Origin: a virus
DNA length: 64,000 nucleotides
IMG/VR virus record: IMGVR_UViG_3300029982_000012
Strand: one strand, 5' to 3'
The notes beneath the pieces are model-generated. The model was not told where the DNA came from. It saw only the letters and a list, made by a program, of their open reading frames with translations, and searched no databases. The position numbers were made by a program, and so were the translations under genes. Shown piece by piece: positions 40,440 through 49,860 of the stretch (its first letter is position 1; each line of letters begins with the position of its first letter).

Positions 40440-41450
40440 TCATTTGATCTCTCTTTTTACTTCATCAGAATAAACATGGTAAACGAAATCCTTGATCCAT
40501 TCAAGATCTGGTTTTGCTCGAAGAGTAGAAGTCTTTTCTACCTCGACCAATTCTTCTAGGCCAGAAGTAATCATTTCAGATACTTGTTCGAATGGCAGTT
40601 GTTCGGTCTTGATCTTAATTAGCAATTCCGCATCTGGACGAGGGAATGTGATATTTCCAGTACGAAGAAGTTCTAGGCCTTCACTGTTTACTCGAACAGC
40701 ATGGGAAAGAGCCTTAAAACATACTCCACCGGCAATATTTGCCTTGCGTGAACGAGATCCGTACTCTGCATAGATTCGACTAACAATGTCTAAAGCGTCT
40801 TTTGCTCTAATTGCCATGGGAATAAAGCGACCACAAATTTTTAGGTGAGGTTGATTCATTTCGCCTTTAGGGTCTGGTTTCATTACCATTTCTATAAGCG
40901 GCGTTTTTTCGAGATTAACCAACGATTGCGTATGGTAAATTAAATCAAGAATTCCTTTTTCGTGATCTCTTAATCTGTCATATGGAGGAAAGGTTTCTAA
41001 GGAACCGATAGCCATTTTAAGGGCATCCATGCGAGTACCTTTTACGCCATACTTTGCAGCTTGTTTACGAGCATATCCAATGAAGGCATTAACATTCTTA
41101 GAAATAATTTTCTCTTTATTATCCCGAATTGTTTTGAAGATGTACCAGTTAGCGGGGTTCTTTGCCGTAAACATTTCGTCTGGGGAGAAGATCATATCAA
41201 GGGCCATGGTCTGGCCTTCTGCGAATAATTTTAAAAATTGATCAACCGAGAAAATCTCAATATCTACATCGTCCTTACTATTGCGCTCTCCATGGGCCTT
41301 CTTTCGACTCATGTTTACCGTTTTGTGGTAGTCGTTTAATACGATTTGACGGCCCGTAGGCAAATAAATGGACTTAAAATCGAGATCAGACTTTGGAGTA
41401 GTTGTTCCGTAAAGAGCCGACCCAAATTTCAACTCAAAAAGCTTATTCAT
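40440..41450 (-). CDS. nucleotidyltransferase (Pol-beta superfamily, RlaP/Nuc-transf-like)
   Basis: GSALYGT.TP.SD.D, KYG.KG.R, KALSHAVR. Confidence 0.85.
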   Translation of the reverse strand: MNKLFELKFGSALYGTTTPKSDLDFKSIYLPTGRQIVLNDYHKTVNMSRKKAHGERNSKDDVDIEIFSVDQFLKLFAEGQTMALDMIFSPDEMFTAKNPANWYIFKTIRDNKEKIISKNVNAFIGYARKQAAKYGVKGTRMDALKMAIGSLETFPPYDRLRDHEKGILDLIYHTQSLVNLEKTPLIEMVMKPDPKGEMNQPHLKICGRFIPMAIRAKDALDIVSRIYAEYGSRSRKANIAGGVCFKALSHAVRVNSEGLELLRTGNITFPRPDAELLIKIKTEQLPFEQVSEMITSGLEELVEVEKTSTLRAKPDLEWIKDFVYHVYSDEVKREIK

Positions 41451-42086
41451 TTATCCTCTTCCTGGAGTATCCGATGGTAGACCAAGATATTCCCGCCAAT
41501 CAACCCATCTACGAGTATTTGGCTTAACGATATTTCCATTAATAGCAACACCATCATTTAGGGTTTTAATAAAACCCCAATCTCGCTTAGTACGACCAGT
41601 AAAACAAAAAGTTAATGGAGCAAATTCTTTTTCGTTTAATCTATAAGAATGATCGGTTAGAACCTGATGCTGATCTGTTGCTTTTCTCCAAACAAATCTA
41701 TTTTTTGCTACTGGATATGTTTTGATATCATCCATCAACCTTGTAGAGTTTCCAGAAGTTCTTGTAAAAATTAAAGAATTTGCTCCAGACTGTCTGCGTG
41801 TTAATTCTACTTCTTTTGTCTGAGGATTAAATTTCTTTTCTGTATAAGCACCACGAACCAAGTAGGTACAGAAATCCCAAGGATGATCGTGTAGATCGTC
41901 CCGATCAGAACGTAAAAATTGATGGATAAAGAAATTAAAATACTTTGATTTGATTACATAGTATCGGATTAGATAAACGTCCTGCGGGCCTCCAGTACCA
42001 GTAATACGAAGTGTCTTACTTCTTTTTTCACAATAGGACATTAACTTGTTGGCAACAAAAAGAGTTAAATTATTCATTTTGTACAC
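41451..42086 (-). CDS. cupin-fold phage protein
   Basis: IH.F..SD.D.LHDHPW.F...G.Y.E...H...TG...R.WGF. Confidence 0.7.
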   Translation of the reverse strand: MYKMNNLTLFVANKLMSYCEKRSKTLRITGTGGPQDVYLIRYYVIKSKYFNFFIHQFLRSDRDDLHDHPWDFCTYLVRGAYTEKKFNPQTKEVELTRRQSGANSLIFTRTSGNSTRLMDDIKTYPVAKNRFVWRKATDQHQVLTDHSYRLNEKEFAPLTFCFTGRTKRDWGFIKTLNDGVAINGNIVKPNTRRWVDWREYLGLPSDTPGRG

Positions 42087-42298
42087 TTCTTTAGCTCATC
42101 GCCTTTAAAAGATTCTGGAACAATTGAACCCTTACAATCCAAATCTACATCGTATACCGGTGGATCTACTTGGATCTGATGTTCTACTGTGCCTTTACAT
42201 CCTTCATAAAAACCTTTGGTTACAACTACACAATCCTTGAAATGGAATGGTGTCGATAACATAGTGGCCAACATAAGAACGAAATTAGTATTCATCAT
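42074..42298 (-). CDS. hypothetical protein (signal peptide, KOW/SH3-like)
   Basis: GGAG RBS; V.V.KGFY.G.KG.V. Confidence 0.55.
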   Translation of the reverse strand: MMNTNFVLMLATMLSTPFHFKDCVVVTKGFYEGCKGTVEHQIQVDPPVYDVDLDCKGSIVPESFKGDELKKCTK

Positions 42299-42344
42299 AT
42301 AGAACTCCTATCTAAAATATATCAAAAAAATATTGTTAAGTCAA

Positions 42345-43970
42345 TTACAAACCACATACGCCATTAAGACAACCATTTTCAGTTTCTTCAAAAACTTTTC
42401 CTTCGTCAGCCAAAGCTTCTTCCAGAGAGCATCTGGTTAATGGCTGTCCACCGCGAGCACCATCTGGGTATACCGTAAACCCACGTAACCGCTTGGCATA
42501 CTTGAGTAATGTCGCCGCATTCTTTTCATAATTGTCTTTGTTATTAGTAGAAGATCCCCAACTTTCCATGTTGCAAGTACTAGAAATGGACATATCAACA
42601 TAATTTTGGACATCGGCTTGAAACTTAACTCGTTGTTTGAAAGTAAGATCTCCGGCATCTTTGATATTTTCAACCTTAATACCCTGTTCTAGAAGTCTTT
42701 TGACCGATCCATCAACAACATATTGGTACATCCATTTACCTTCTTTGAAGTAACGGCGTTTATAGGCCTTACAGAATAGTGGTTCAATACCAGTAGTGGT
42801 CTCTGCAATGATGCCAATCGTGCCTGTTGGAGCGATTGCGCGAACGCCCTTAGGAACAGATACCCCTAATTGTTTAGCTCCCATAAAAGCCGCTGAATCG
42901 CTTTCTTGCTCGTATACGGATAGAAGTTTATGAAGTTCTGGTGTTACCTCATATTCCTGACCCTTGGCCATAAGCCATTCATGGATTCCACCTAATCCCA
43001 AACCGATTCGATTGTTTTTCAGTCCAATTTCTCTGATCTTATCGGTTGGAACATCACTGTACATACCCCCACAAAGGAGAAAGAGAGTGGAAAGTTTGGT
43101 GCTTTCTGCTAGATCCCTCTTATCTTTCATGCGATTAAGCCAAAGAGTTCCTAGATTACACTTGTCAGAATCATCTTCGCTGACTACTTCAGTACAGGCA
43201 TTACGAAGAGATTCGTTATCTTTCCTGAAATTGAAACTCATTCCTGGTTCTGCAGTAGAGAAAGCTTGAAAGCAATTATCAAGCCATACTTTCTTGGTTA
43301 ATTCGTGTTTTGGGTGTTCTGGATTCTCAATAGCAATAAAAAATTCTGTATTATAGACTACAGAAATGTTGGTTAGCTCCATAGGAAGCGGAAAATTAAG
43401 GTCTGCTAACTTAGCCGCCTTAAGAGCGTCGGAATAATCCTTAAGGTGCATAAATTTAAAGACATCTGGGTGAGACCATTCTAGGCCTGCCCAAATAGCA
43501 GATCTACGTTGTCCGCCTTGCATAATGTAACGGCCACCCTCATTTACCATATTCATTAAAGCTATAGGACCCGTAGAGCGACCCCCAGTACGTCTGATAA
43601 TTTCCCCTTCAGATCTAAGTTTTGAATATTCTACTCCAATTCCTCCACCGGTCATAAGGGAGGAAGTGACTTTATGTTGTATCTCTGCCCAAGATTCTCG
43701 ACTATCTTCTGCCCTAAATAAAAAACAATTGTTTACCTGATGGAATTCTCTTCCAGCAGAATAAAGATAGCGACCTCCAGGAATAAATTTCCTTTCGAGG
43801 ATCATATTGTAAATCTTTTCTTTGGTTTTACTGTCTAGAAGTTGAGAACACACAGCTTCCGTAACTCGTTTGGAGGTATCAGCCCATGTCTCTACTCCAT
43901 CTTTAGAGTATTTCTGTAAATAAATATCTTGTGCCCATTTAGCGGAAAAAACATCGAACGCATTCTTCAT
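42345..43970 (-). CDS. nrdJ: class II (B12-dependent) ribonucleotide reductase, compact, no ATP cone
   Basis: NNCF, GGQRRSA, NACTE, CNLG, IAPTGT, C-terminal CLNGVC; no nrdB in window. Confidence 0.88.
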   Translation of the reverse strand: MKNAFDVFSAKWAQDIYLQKYSKDGVETWADTSKRVTEAVCSQLLDSKTKEKIYNMILERKFIPGGRYLYSAGREFHQVNNCFLFRAEDSRESWAEIQHKVTSSLMTGGGIGVEYSKLRSEGEIIRRTGGRSTGPIALMNMVNEGGRYIMQGGQRRSAIWAGLEWSHPDVFKFMHLKDYSDALKAAKLADLNFPLPMELTNISVVYNTEFFIAIENPEHPKHELTKKVWLDNCFQAFSTAEPGMSFNFRKDNESLRNACTEVVSEDDSDKCNLGTLWLNRMKDKRDLAESTKLSTLFLLCGGMYSDVPTDKIREIGLKNNRIGLGLGGIHEWLMAKGQEYEVTPELHKLLSVYEQESDSAAFMGAKQLGVSVPKGVRAIAPTGTIGIIAETTTGIEPLFCKAYKRRYFKEGKWMYQYVVDGSVKRLLEQGIKVENIKDAGDLTFKQRVKFQADVQNYVDMSISSTCNMESWGSSTNNKDNYEKNAATLLKYAKRLRGFTVYPDGARGGQPLTRCSLEEALADEGKVFEETENGCLNGVCGL

Positions 43971-44176
43971 CTTGTTGTACCTATATTATTGTTTTGAAAC
44001 TAAACTGTTATTTGTTATCTGTGGTAAGTGTATAAGTTGCCCTTTTTATCGTTTACGGTTCTGCAATCGTCACATCCAACAAAAGTATTATCGCTTAACC
44101 ATATGGTGGTCGGACAATGAAATCTAAATAAGCAATGAAAGTGCCATTTAATTCGATATAAAAACAACATCTTATA

Positions 44177-44458
44177 TTACTCTTTATTTTGAAGAATTTT
44201 AAGCGTATCCGCTTTTAAATTATCTCCTAAAATACGCAAATTTTCAAGAAGTAATCGAGAAAAACAAAATCCAGCAGAAAAACTCATAACAAATGTGAAT
44301 ACTTTAGAGTGTACATAAAATGCGTCCACAAATACAACCAAGAAATTGGCAAAAAGCAATAACAGGAAGATCTTGAGTGTCAATGCTCCTACTTTAAAAT
44401 AAAATTTCTTATTTATTACTTTTAAGTTTTTCTTCTGCTCTTCTGTAAAACCGTTCAT
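44177..44458 (-). CDS. membrane protein (2 TM)
   Basis: Two hydrophobic segments. Confidence 0.55.
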   Translation of the reverse strand: MNGFTEEQKKNLKVINKKFYFKVGALTLKIFLLLLFANFLVVFVDAFYVHSKVFTFVMSFSAGFCFSRLLLENLRILGDNLKADTLKILQNKE

Positions 44459-44709
44459 GATACGGCCTCAAAAATGGTTTTGTATGTGTCTATAGACAAA
44501 ATATCTATGGGCAGTGTGGAATGCGATGAATGTAATGTGACTACGCGATACTCTTTAATTGCCTCTACTCCAGCAATTCTTTCTTTGGCAACCGCCCTTT
44601 TGTTAAATTGATCATACGAATCTTTGTCTAACAAAATGTATTTTGGAGATCGACCGTTTTTAATCATGTATTGGTAAACTAACTCTTCAACATCTTCCAT
44701 ACTTATCAT
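44455..44709 (-). CDS. hypothetical protein
   Basis: Start at MISMED after upstream stop. Confidence 0.5.
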   Translation of the reverse strand: MISMEDVEELVYQYMIKNGRSPKYILLDKDSYDQFNKRAVAKERIAGVEAIKEYRVVTLHSSHSTLPIDILSIDTYKTIFEAVS

Positions 44710-44710
44710 A

Positions 44711-44902
44711 CTACTTACCCTTCTTCTTGTTATGCGCTTCAAGAATTTTTTTAATATACTTATCTACTTTTTGTGGATCACATCGTTCTTCTACTAAGAT
44801 CTCTGTAAATCTATCGAAAGCTTCCTGTACATCAGAAAGTTCAAGCATTTCCACTAAAAAATACTGCTCTTCCTTTGATAAGAAGAACCTATCTGAACTC
44901 AT
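44711..44902 (-). CDS. hypothetical protein
   Basis: ORF in array. Confidence 0.5.
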   Translation of the reverse strand: MSSDRFFLSKEEQYFLVEMLELSDVQEAFDRFTEILVEERCDPQKVDKYIKKILEAHNKKKGK

Positions 44903-45045
44903 TTTTTACCGCCATGGTGTAAGATCAATTTCGGTTTTCTCTTTTTCTTCTTAAAAATAAAACTAAGTCCAATTAACGTAAAGGAAAAAAGAGGAATCAA
45001 TAAAAAGCAAAAGATTACTATGTTCATTGAACCCTCTAAAATTGC

Positions 45046-45909
45046 TTATTTGATATTCATTGCGTGCTTAGTTTCAATTTCACTTTGGATGAATCTGAAC
45101 AGTTGTCCGCCCATAGTTTTAGTCATTCCCTTTACTTCTGCATCTGTTCCTGTGATCTGACCTTCTTTGATCAAATCCGCAATGTAGTCTTTAGTAATCT
45201 GTGGAAGGGATTTAGGGTAACCAGTTAAATAGCGCTCATCTTTTGAAAGAAGTTTTTCGAGACGAATAGGTTGTAAGAGATGAGATACGTCGATTTTAGG
45301 CTTAGTATTTTCTCCAGAATTCCCCTTCTTGGGTTTTCCAGTCCATTGGGTTTCTTCTTCCTCAAATACAACTTTATATCGCTCGTCTTTAATACGAACG
45401 ACAACGCCTTCTGGGTGCATGAATCCAGAACTAAGTTTAGAGCCATTTGTTTTGAGTTCATCCATTGCAATTTGGACTTGATTGAGATCAATTGGACCCT
45501 CATAAAGAACTGGCACAAGAACGGTTCGTGGTGGAAGCGGCTTATCTTTATAACGATAATAGTCAAAAAGAACGAAAACTTTTTGTTCTAAACCTTCTCC
45601 TGAGTTAATGCCCTTGCCAGCCCATTCGCCATCATGACGACCTTCTCCAAGAAGGTCGATGAAAGCCTGCTTGTTTGCGTAAACATGTGTGGCGAAATTG
45701 TAGTTATCATCGCCAGGAACTATGAATCGTGTGCGTGATCCACATGCAAGATCGAATCCATCTTCTACCTGCATAGAACCAACGCCATCGTGGACATCTT
45801 TAAATTTACGGTAAACAAGAATGTGAGCATTTGTACCATGAATCTTTTGCGTGATTGACATGACTACCGAACCTAATTTTTTAATTTCTGGGAAAGCTTT
45901 AAATTCCAT
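45046..45909 (-). CDS. RNA ligase (Rnl2-like adenylyltransferase domain)
   Basis: Motif I QKIHGTNA, SR, GEW.G.GI, F.LFD, VPVLY.G, EGVV; AGGAGA RBS before MEFKAF. Confidence 0.85.
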   Translation of the reverse strand: MEFKAFPEIKKLGSVVMSITQKIHGTNAHILVYRKFKDVHDGVGSMQVEDGFDLACGSRTRFIVPGDDNYNFATHVYANKQAFIDLLGEGRHDGEWAGKGINSGEGLEQKVFVLFDYYRYKDKPLPPRTVLVPVLYEGPIDLNQVQIAMDELKTNGSKLSSGFMHPEGVVVRIKDERYKVVFEEEETQWTGKPKKGNSGENTKPKIDVSHLLQPIRLEKLLSKDERYLTGYPKSLPQITKDYIADLIKEGQITGTDAEVKGMTKTMGGQLFRFIQSEIETKHAMNIK

Positions 45910-46012
45910 AATTCTCCTAAATATAAACCCGTCACCACATGAAACCCATTTTAAGGCGCGTGACGGGCGCTCATGGAAAAGGTTAATGGTCAATCCCATG
46001 AACAAAAATTTC

Positions 46013-46174
46013 GTGACAGGTCAGTCGCTACTCTGACAAGGATACTACTAGGGCTACCCAATGTATTGTCTGCTCCCGTTCATTCCTAAATCCTACATTT
46101 AGATCTGCGTGTCTCTTAGTTTCTGGGGCGTCACGTCCAGTAAAGACTCAAACTGCTTTCCACGCCGCTGTCAC
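46013..46174 (-). ncRNA. tRNA-shaped structured ncRNA, copy B
   Basis: GTGACAG/CTGTCAC closing stem, GCGTGGAAAGC...AGAGACACGC, GTCAG-AGTAGCGA-CTGAC; starts about 7 nt after a sigma70 -10 box. Confidence 0.7.
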
Positions 46175-46181
46175 TTCATAG

Positions 46182-46210
46182 AATATATCGTTAATTAGTA
46201 CGCAAGTCAA
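46182..46210 (-). promoter_or_regulatory. sigma70-like promoter for ncRNA B and RNA ligase
   Basis: TTGACT-N17-TATATT. Confidence 0.7.
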
Positions 46211-46214
46211 TACT

Positions 46215-46247
46215 AAAAAGCCCCCTAAAAATTAATTTAGGAGGCTT
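46215..46247 (-). terminator. intrinsic terminator after ice-binding gene
   Basis: AAGCCTCCTAAA-loop-TTTAGGGGGCTT followed by T tract. Confidence 0.75.
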
Positions 46248-46276
46248 GGATACGGAGGAATTTGGAGGTCTAAGGA

Positions 46277-48124
46277 TTATGAACTAACTGCAACATCGTC
46301 GAGAGTAACTGCGGTCTGAGCATAAATACCTGTTCCGTGATATGTAGAAGTAGTCTGCATTGCCACGTTTGTACTGGCCAATATTGTTCCTCTGAATACG
46401 CTTGATACCCCAGCGGTTACGGATCCAGCAACAGCCCACATTACATTTGAAGCTTGTGCTCCGCCAGTCATTACGATCTGAGCAGAACTAGCTAAATTCA
46501 AGGTAGAAGAACATTGGAATACCCAAGTGTCGTTCACGCCACCGTTTAAGGTTAACGTTCCGGTAATAGAAGTTGGTACGGTTAATTTGTATAATCCTGG
46601 AGCGAGAGTTAAACCACCAAGAGCACCTGCGCCTGGATTGGTTTGTGTAGGAGTAGTAAGTCCTTGAGCATTTGTGTAAGCAGTAGTCATATTAGCAACT
46701 GCAGTGGTAAGGTTAGCAGGTGTTGGAGCACTGTAATCTGCTGCGAAGATATGTCCAGTTACATTTGGAGCAGTAGAGAATTGACCAGAACCATCTAAGG
46801 TGAGTGTGAAGCCAGTAATTGCTGTGTGAGCGATTGGGGAAACACCCATTTCGCCAGTAACTGCAGATCCTGAAGTATCACTGATACCACTTTCTGACAA
46901 AATTCTATATGCAGAAGCTGCTCCAAGACTTGGAAGAGCTGGTCCTAATGCACTAATGGTATAAGCAGCACTTCCAACGGCAGAGTTGCTCAATCCAGCC
47001 TTTACAGCTAAAACCTTAAGAGTTTCAGATGCATTGATCAGAATTGGACCTGCATATGCAGTACTTCCAGTAGTTGGGGTTGATCCATCAAGAGTGTAGT
47101 AAAATAATGCGCTAGAAGTAAGGGAAGAAACGGTAACCATTTGGCTACCAGCATAAGTTCCGGCTACAGGAGAGAAAGTTGGAGTTGCAACTTGACTTCC
47201 ACCGATAATGTAGGCTGCTCCATTTACGATAGAGTTAGCAAATCCGTTTTTGATAGCAATAGCATTAACTTGTTCACTTGCACTAACAGTAATAGGAGCG
47301 CTGTAAAGTGAACTATTGATAGAAGGTTGGCTTCCGTCAGTAGTATAATAAATTGAAGCACCAGCAGTTGCTGAACTTAAACTAACAGTTTGTGAAGATC
47401 CATAAGTACCAGCATTTGGAGAAAATGTAGGAAGAGCAGCCGCTTGACTAACAACCGTTGGAATTACAGTAACTTTGTTGCTAGAGACTGAAGAGGTCGC
47501 AGCAGCTACATCCAAAGCAATTGCGGCCTGGGTTTTAGTGGCAATCGCAGCAGCCGAGTCAGAACTGAGGATGGTAGCTTCGATACCGGTAAAACCGATA
47601 GGAGCTGGATTAACGTTAGTTCCGCCCGATACATTGTACCAAATATCGTACTGATTTGTATTACCAGCGGTAAATAGAGTGAAATATGCTCCGGCTCCAA
47701 AACTAGGGAAAGCGCTTCCGGCTGGCATTGAGAGAGAAATAACAGGTTGTTGTGCAGGTCCTTGAGTAACAGTGCTAGCACTGAAACCAGATGGCATAGA
47801 GATATTTTGAGGACCAGTATTAGGAATGGGCACTCCGATACCTACACCACCAGCCAAATTAGATAAAACGTCTGCTAAAGATGCGATAGGTAATTCGAAA
47901 CCGTCTGTAACGAATTCGATGTCACGAGCACTCAAGGCATAATTTCCTAAGATACAGTTTTGAAAATTTTGTGCAACTTGATTTTCCCCAAAACAACTCT
48001 CAAGTCGGGTAAAAGAGGACGGTGAAAGTAGGGCTTGAGTTTGGATTGCGTTAATAAGCTCGGCACCAGCAGTATTGTCGCCCATGCCCGAGATTAGAAA
48101 GGGAAGAGATGAAGATTGTAACAT
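46277..48124 (-). CDS. ice-binding protein (DUF3494) with two Fn3-associated/CHB_HEX_C repeats and a virion-type module
   Basis: C-terminal LGAA..Y.IL...AY..A.G...LGGLTLAPGLYK...WVFQ...GGAQASNV.WAV...F.GTILA...AQTAVTLD; two PTFSP..GTY..SQ.V....YYT.DGS.P repeats. Confidence 0.88.
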   Translation of the reverse strand: MLQSSSLPFLISGMGDNTAGAELINAIQTQALLSPSSFTRLESCFGENQVAQNFQNCILGNYALSARDIEFVTDGFELPIASLADVLSNLAGGVGIGVPIPNTGPQNISMPSGFSASTVTQGPAQQPVISLSMPAGSAFPSFGAGAYFTLFTAGNTNQYDIWYNVSGGTNVNPAPIGFTGIEATILSSDSAAAIATKTQAAIALDVAAATSSVSSNKVTVIPTVVSQAAALPTFSPNAGTYGSSQTVSLSSATAGASIYYTTDGSQPSINSSLYSAPITVSASEQVNAIAIKNGFANSIVNGAAYIIGGSQVATPTFSPVAGTYAGSQMVTVSSLTSSALFYYTLDGSTPTTGSTAYAGPILINASETLKVLAVKAGLSNSAVGSAAYTISALGPALPSLGAASAYRILSESGISDTSGSAVTGEMGVSPIAHTAITGFTLTLDGSGQFSTAPNVTGHIFAADYSAPTPANLTTAVANMTTAYTNAQGLTTPTQTNPGAGALGGLTLAPGLYKLTVPTSITGTLTLNGGVNDTWVFQCSSTLNLASSAQIVMTGGAQASNVMWAVAGSVTAGVSSVFRGTILASTNVAMQTTSTYHGTGIYAQTAVTLDDVAVSS

Positions 48125-48235
48125 GGTTTTTTCTCCTTAAATTTTAGTCATATACTCTTACAGACTTACCTAAAAGATTGGATTACTATCGGTCATATGG
48201 TATAAACCGTTGATTTTATTCAGTTATAGATAAAA

Positions 48236-48661
48236 TCACTCCCCATATTTACCAAAATACCGTATAGCACTTCTTAATAGTTTCTTGCTGTCCAATTTAC
48301 CTATGGCCGTATTACACTTTGTACAGAGTAATCCTCTTATTTTACCGGTTTTATGGTTGTGATCTACGCCGAACTTATATTTAAAATCTTTAGGGATTTT
48401 CTTGCAAATAGCACATTTGTTTTTCTGTTCTCGTAACATATTTTCGTAATCGTCTATTGTGATACCGTACTTCTTTTTTAAATTTCTACTTCTATACCAT
48501 TGGGATGATTTCTCATGATGATCTTTCCTCCACTGAATAGCATGCGCGTTCTTACACTTCTTACAAATTGAACGAGGACAAGTCTTCTTGTTTGGTCCAA
48601 AAGTTCTTGTATTGAATAAGTCTAATGATTTCCATTCTTTACATTTAATGCACTGTTTCAT
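48236..48661 (-). CDS. endonuclease VII-like (His-Me) homing endonuclease
   Basis: YGIT..Y..M...Q..KCAIC...VDHNH.TGKIRGLLC..CN..IG. Confidence 0.9.
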   Translation of the reverse strand: MKQCIKCKEWKSLDLFNTRTFGPNKKTCPRSICKKCKNAHAIQWRKDHHEKSSQWYRSRNLKKKYGITIDDYENMLREQKNKCAICKKIPKDFKYKFGVDHNHKTGKIRGLLCTKCNTAIGKLDSKKLLRSAIRYFGKYGE

Positions 48662-49350
48662 TTTCTTCTACTTCTTTTGGTACCAGGCATTGTTCTAAAG
48701 GAATAAGGGGAATCATGACCATGGTTTGCAGCTTTTATCTCATCACTGATAGGTCTAGGTTCTTTTGGTGGAGTACCCAGTACGCCGCTAATGAACATAT
48801 ATATACTTTGGAAGAGTGTATATGGATCTTTTTGTGTTTGATAACTAAGCAATTTAAGGTTAGGATTCAAGGTAATTGCCTTATCTTCCTTGTCTGGACG
48901 TTCGCATAGGATCACCGGACAGTTGTAAATTTCGTGTAATCTTGTGAGTCCAGAAAATGCCTTGTCATTAAAGAAATGTTCGATTCCTTTTGGATTGCCA
49001 ACATAGTGAGTTCGCCAGAAGCTCCAGTAACTAGAAAAGGGAATTCCTTTGGCTAGAGCGAAATCAACCGCTTTATGGGCAGAGTAAAAATTGAACTTGC
49101 CATGGAGATAATGGTCGAATTGGACAAAAGGAATTGCTTCCCCACAAATCAAAAGTATTCCGCCTTTAGTCCACCAAGAATCGTGGTGTCTGTTTGGTGG
49201 GAGTTTTTCTATAAGATCATGGAGTGGGGTTTGTCTGGTCTTATTAGGCTTAAGAATCTTAGATGTTTTTCGGTTATAGACCACGGTCTTGTCTATACCA
49301 AGTCCCATGGCAGAATCGTAATAATCATGAAAGTTAGAAGCAATTAACAT
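48658..49350 (-). CDS. conserved hypothetical phage protein
   Basis: F.DYYD N-terminus, NP.L...F..I..FI.G, K...HG....SFR. Confidence 0.7.
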   Translation of the reverse strand: MLIASNFHDYYDSAMGLGIDKTVVYNRKTSKILKPNKTRQTPLHDLIEKLPPNRHHDSWWTKGGILLICGEAIPFVQFDHYLHGKFNFYSAHKAVDFALAKGIPFSSYWSFWRTHYVGNPKGIEHFFNDKAFSGLTRLHEIYNCPVILCERPDKEDKAITLNPNLKLLSYQTQKDPYTLFQSIYMFISGVLGTPPKEPRPISDEIKAANHGHDSPYSFRTMPGTKRSRRK

Positions 49351-49844
49351 TTAGACTTACCGAAATTAATCCTACTGTATTGTTTAAGAACTCTACCCTT
49401 CTTAATCATATCTAAATTGTCAACATAAAGCATTCCCTGAAGATGCTGAACCTCGTGTTGGGCGCACTGAGACACAACGCCTTCTGGCAATGTTTCCATA
49501 TGCAGAGTACCATTTTTATCATTATAGGCTATGGCAACCTGATTATATCTAAGAATTTCATGTCCAACATTTGGTAAGCTTAGACATCCTTCTTGCATCT
49601 TAATCGGTTCGCCTAAACGACGAGTGATCACACAATTGAGATAAGCTCTAGGCGCAAACCCTTTGTCTGGATACATAATAAACAGATTCATGTCCAGACC
49701 AACCTGATTGGCTGCCAAACCATAACCCTTCTTTTCTTCCATTATCTTAATCATTTGATCAATGGTTTCATCCCAGATACCAAATTGGTCAACATCTTTG
49801 GCTTTCTTATGAAGAATGGGGCTTGGATATGTGACTAATTTCAT
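49344..49844 (-). CDS. def: peptide deformylase
   Basis: GYGLAANQVG, EGCLS, QHEVQHL. Confidence 0.95.
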   Translation of the reverse strand: MKLVTYPSPILHKKAKDVDQFGIWDETIDQMIKIMEEKKGYGLAANQVGLDMNLFIMYPDKGFAPRAYLNCVITRRLGEPIKMQEGCLSLPNVGHEILRYNQVAIAYNDKNGTLHMETLPEGVVSQCAQHEVQHLQGMLYVDNLDMIKKGRVLKQYSRINFGKSKC

Positions 49845-49860
49845 AGTATACCTTTATGAA

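Noticed and set aside
42345-43970. Class I RNR alpha subunit, or intein/intron in RNR
   Set aside because: Compact uninterrupted ORF with RRSA and C-terminal Cys pair, no ATP cone and no beta subunit nearby; fits class II.
45910-46005. N-terminal extension of the RNA ligase in the ORF track
   Set aside because: Overlaps structured leader hairpins; a strong RBS precedes ATG 45909.
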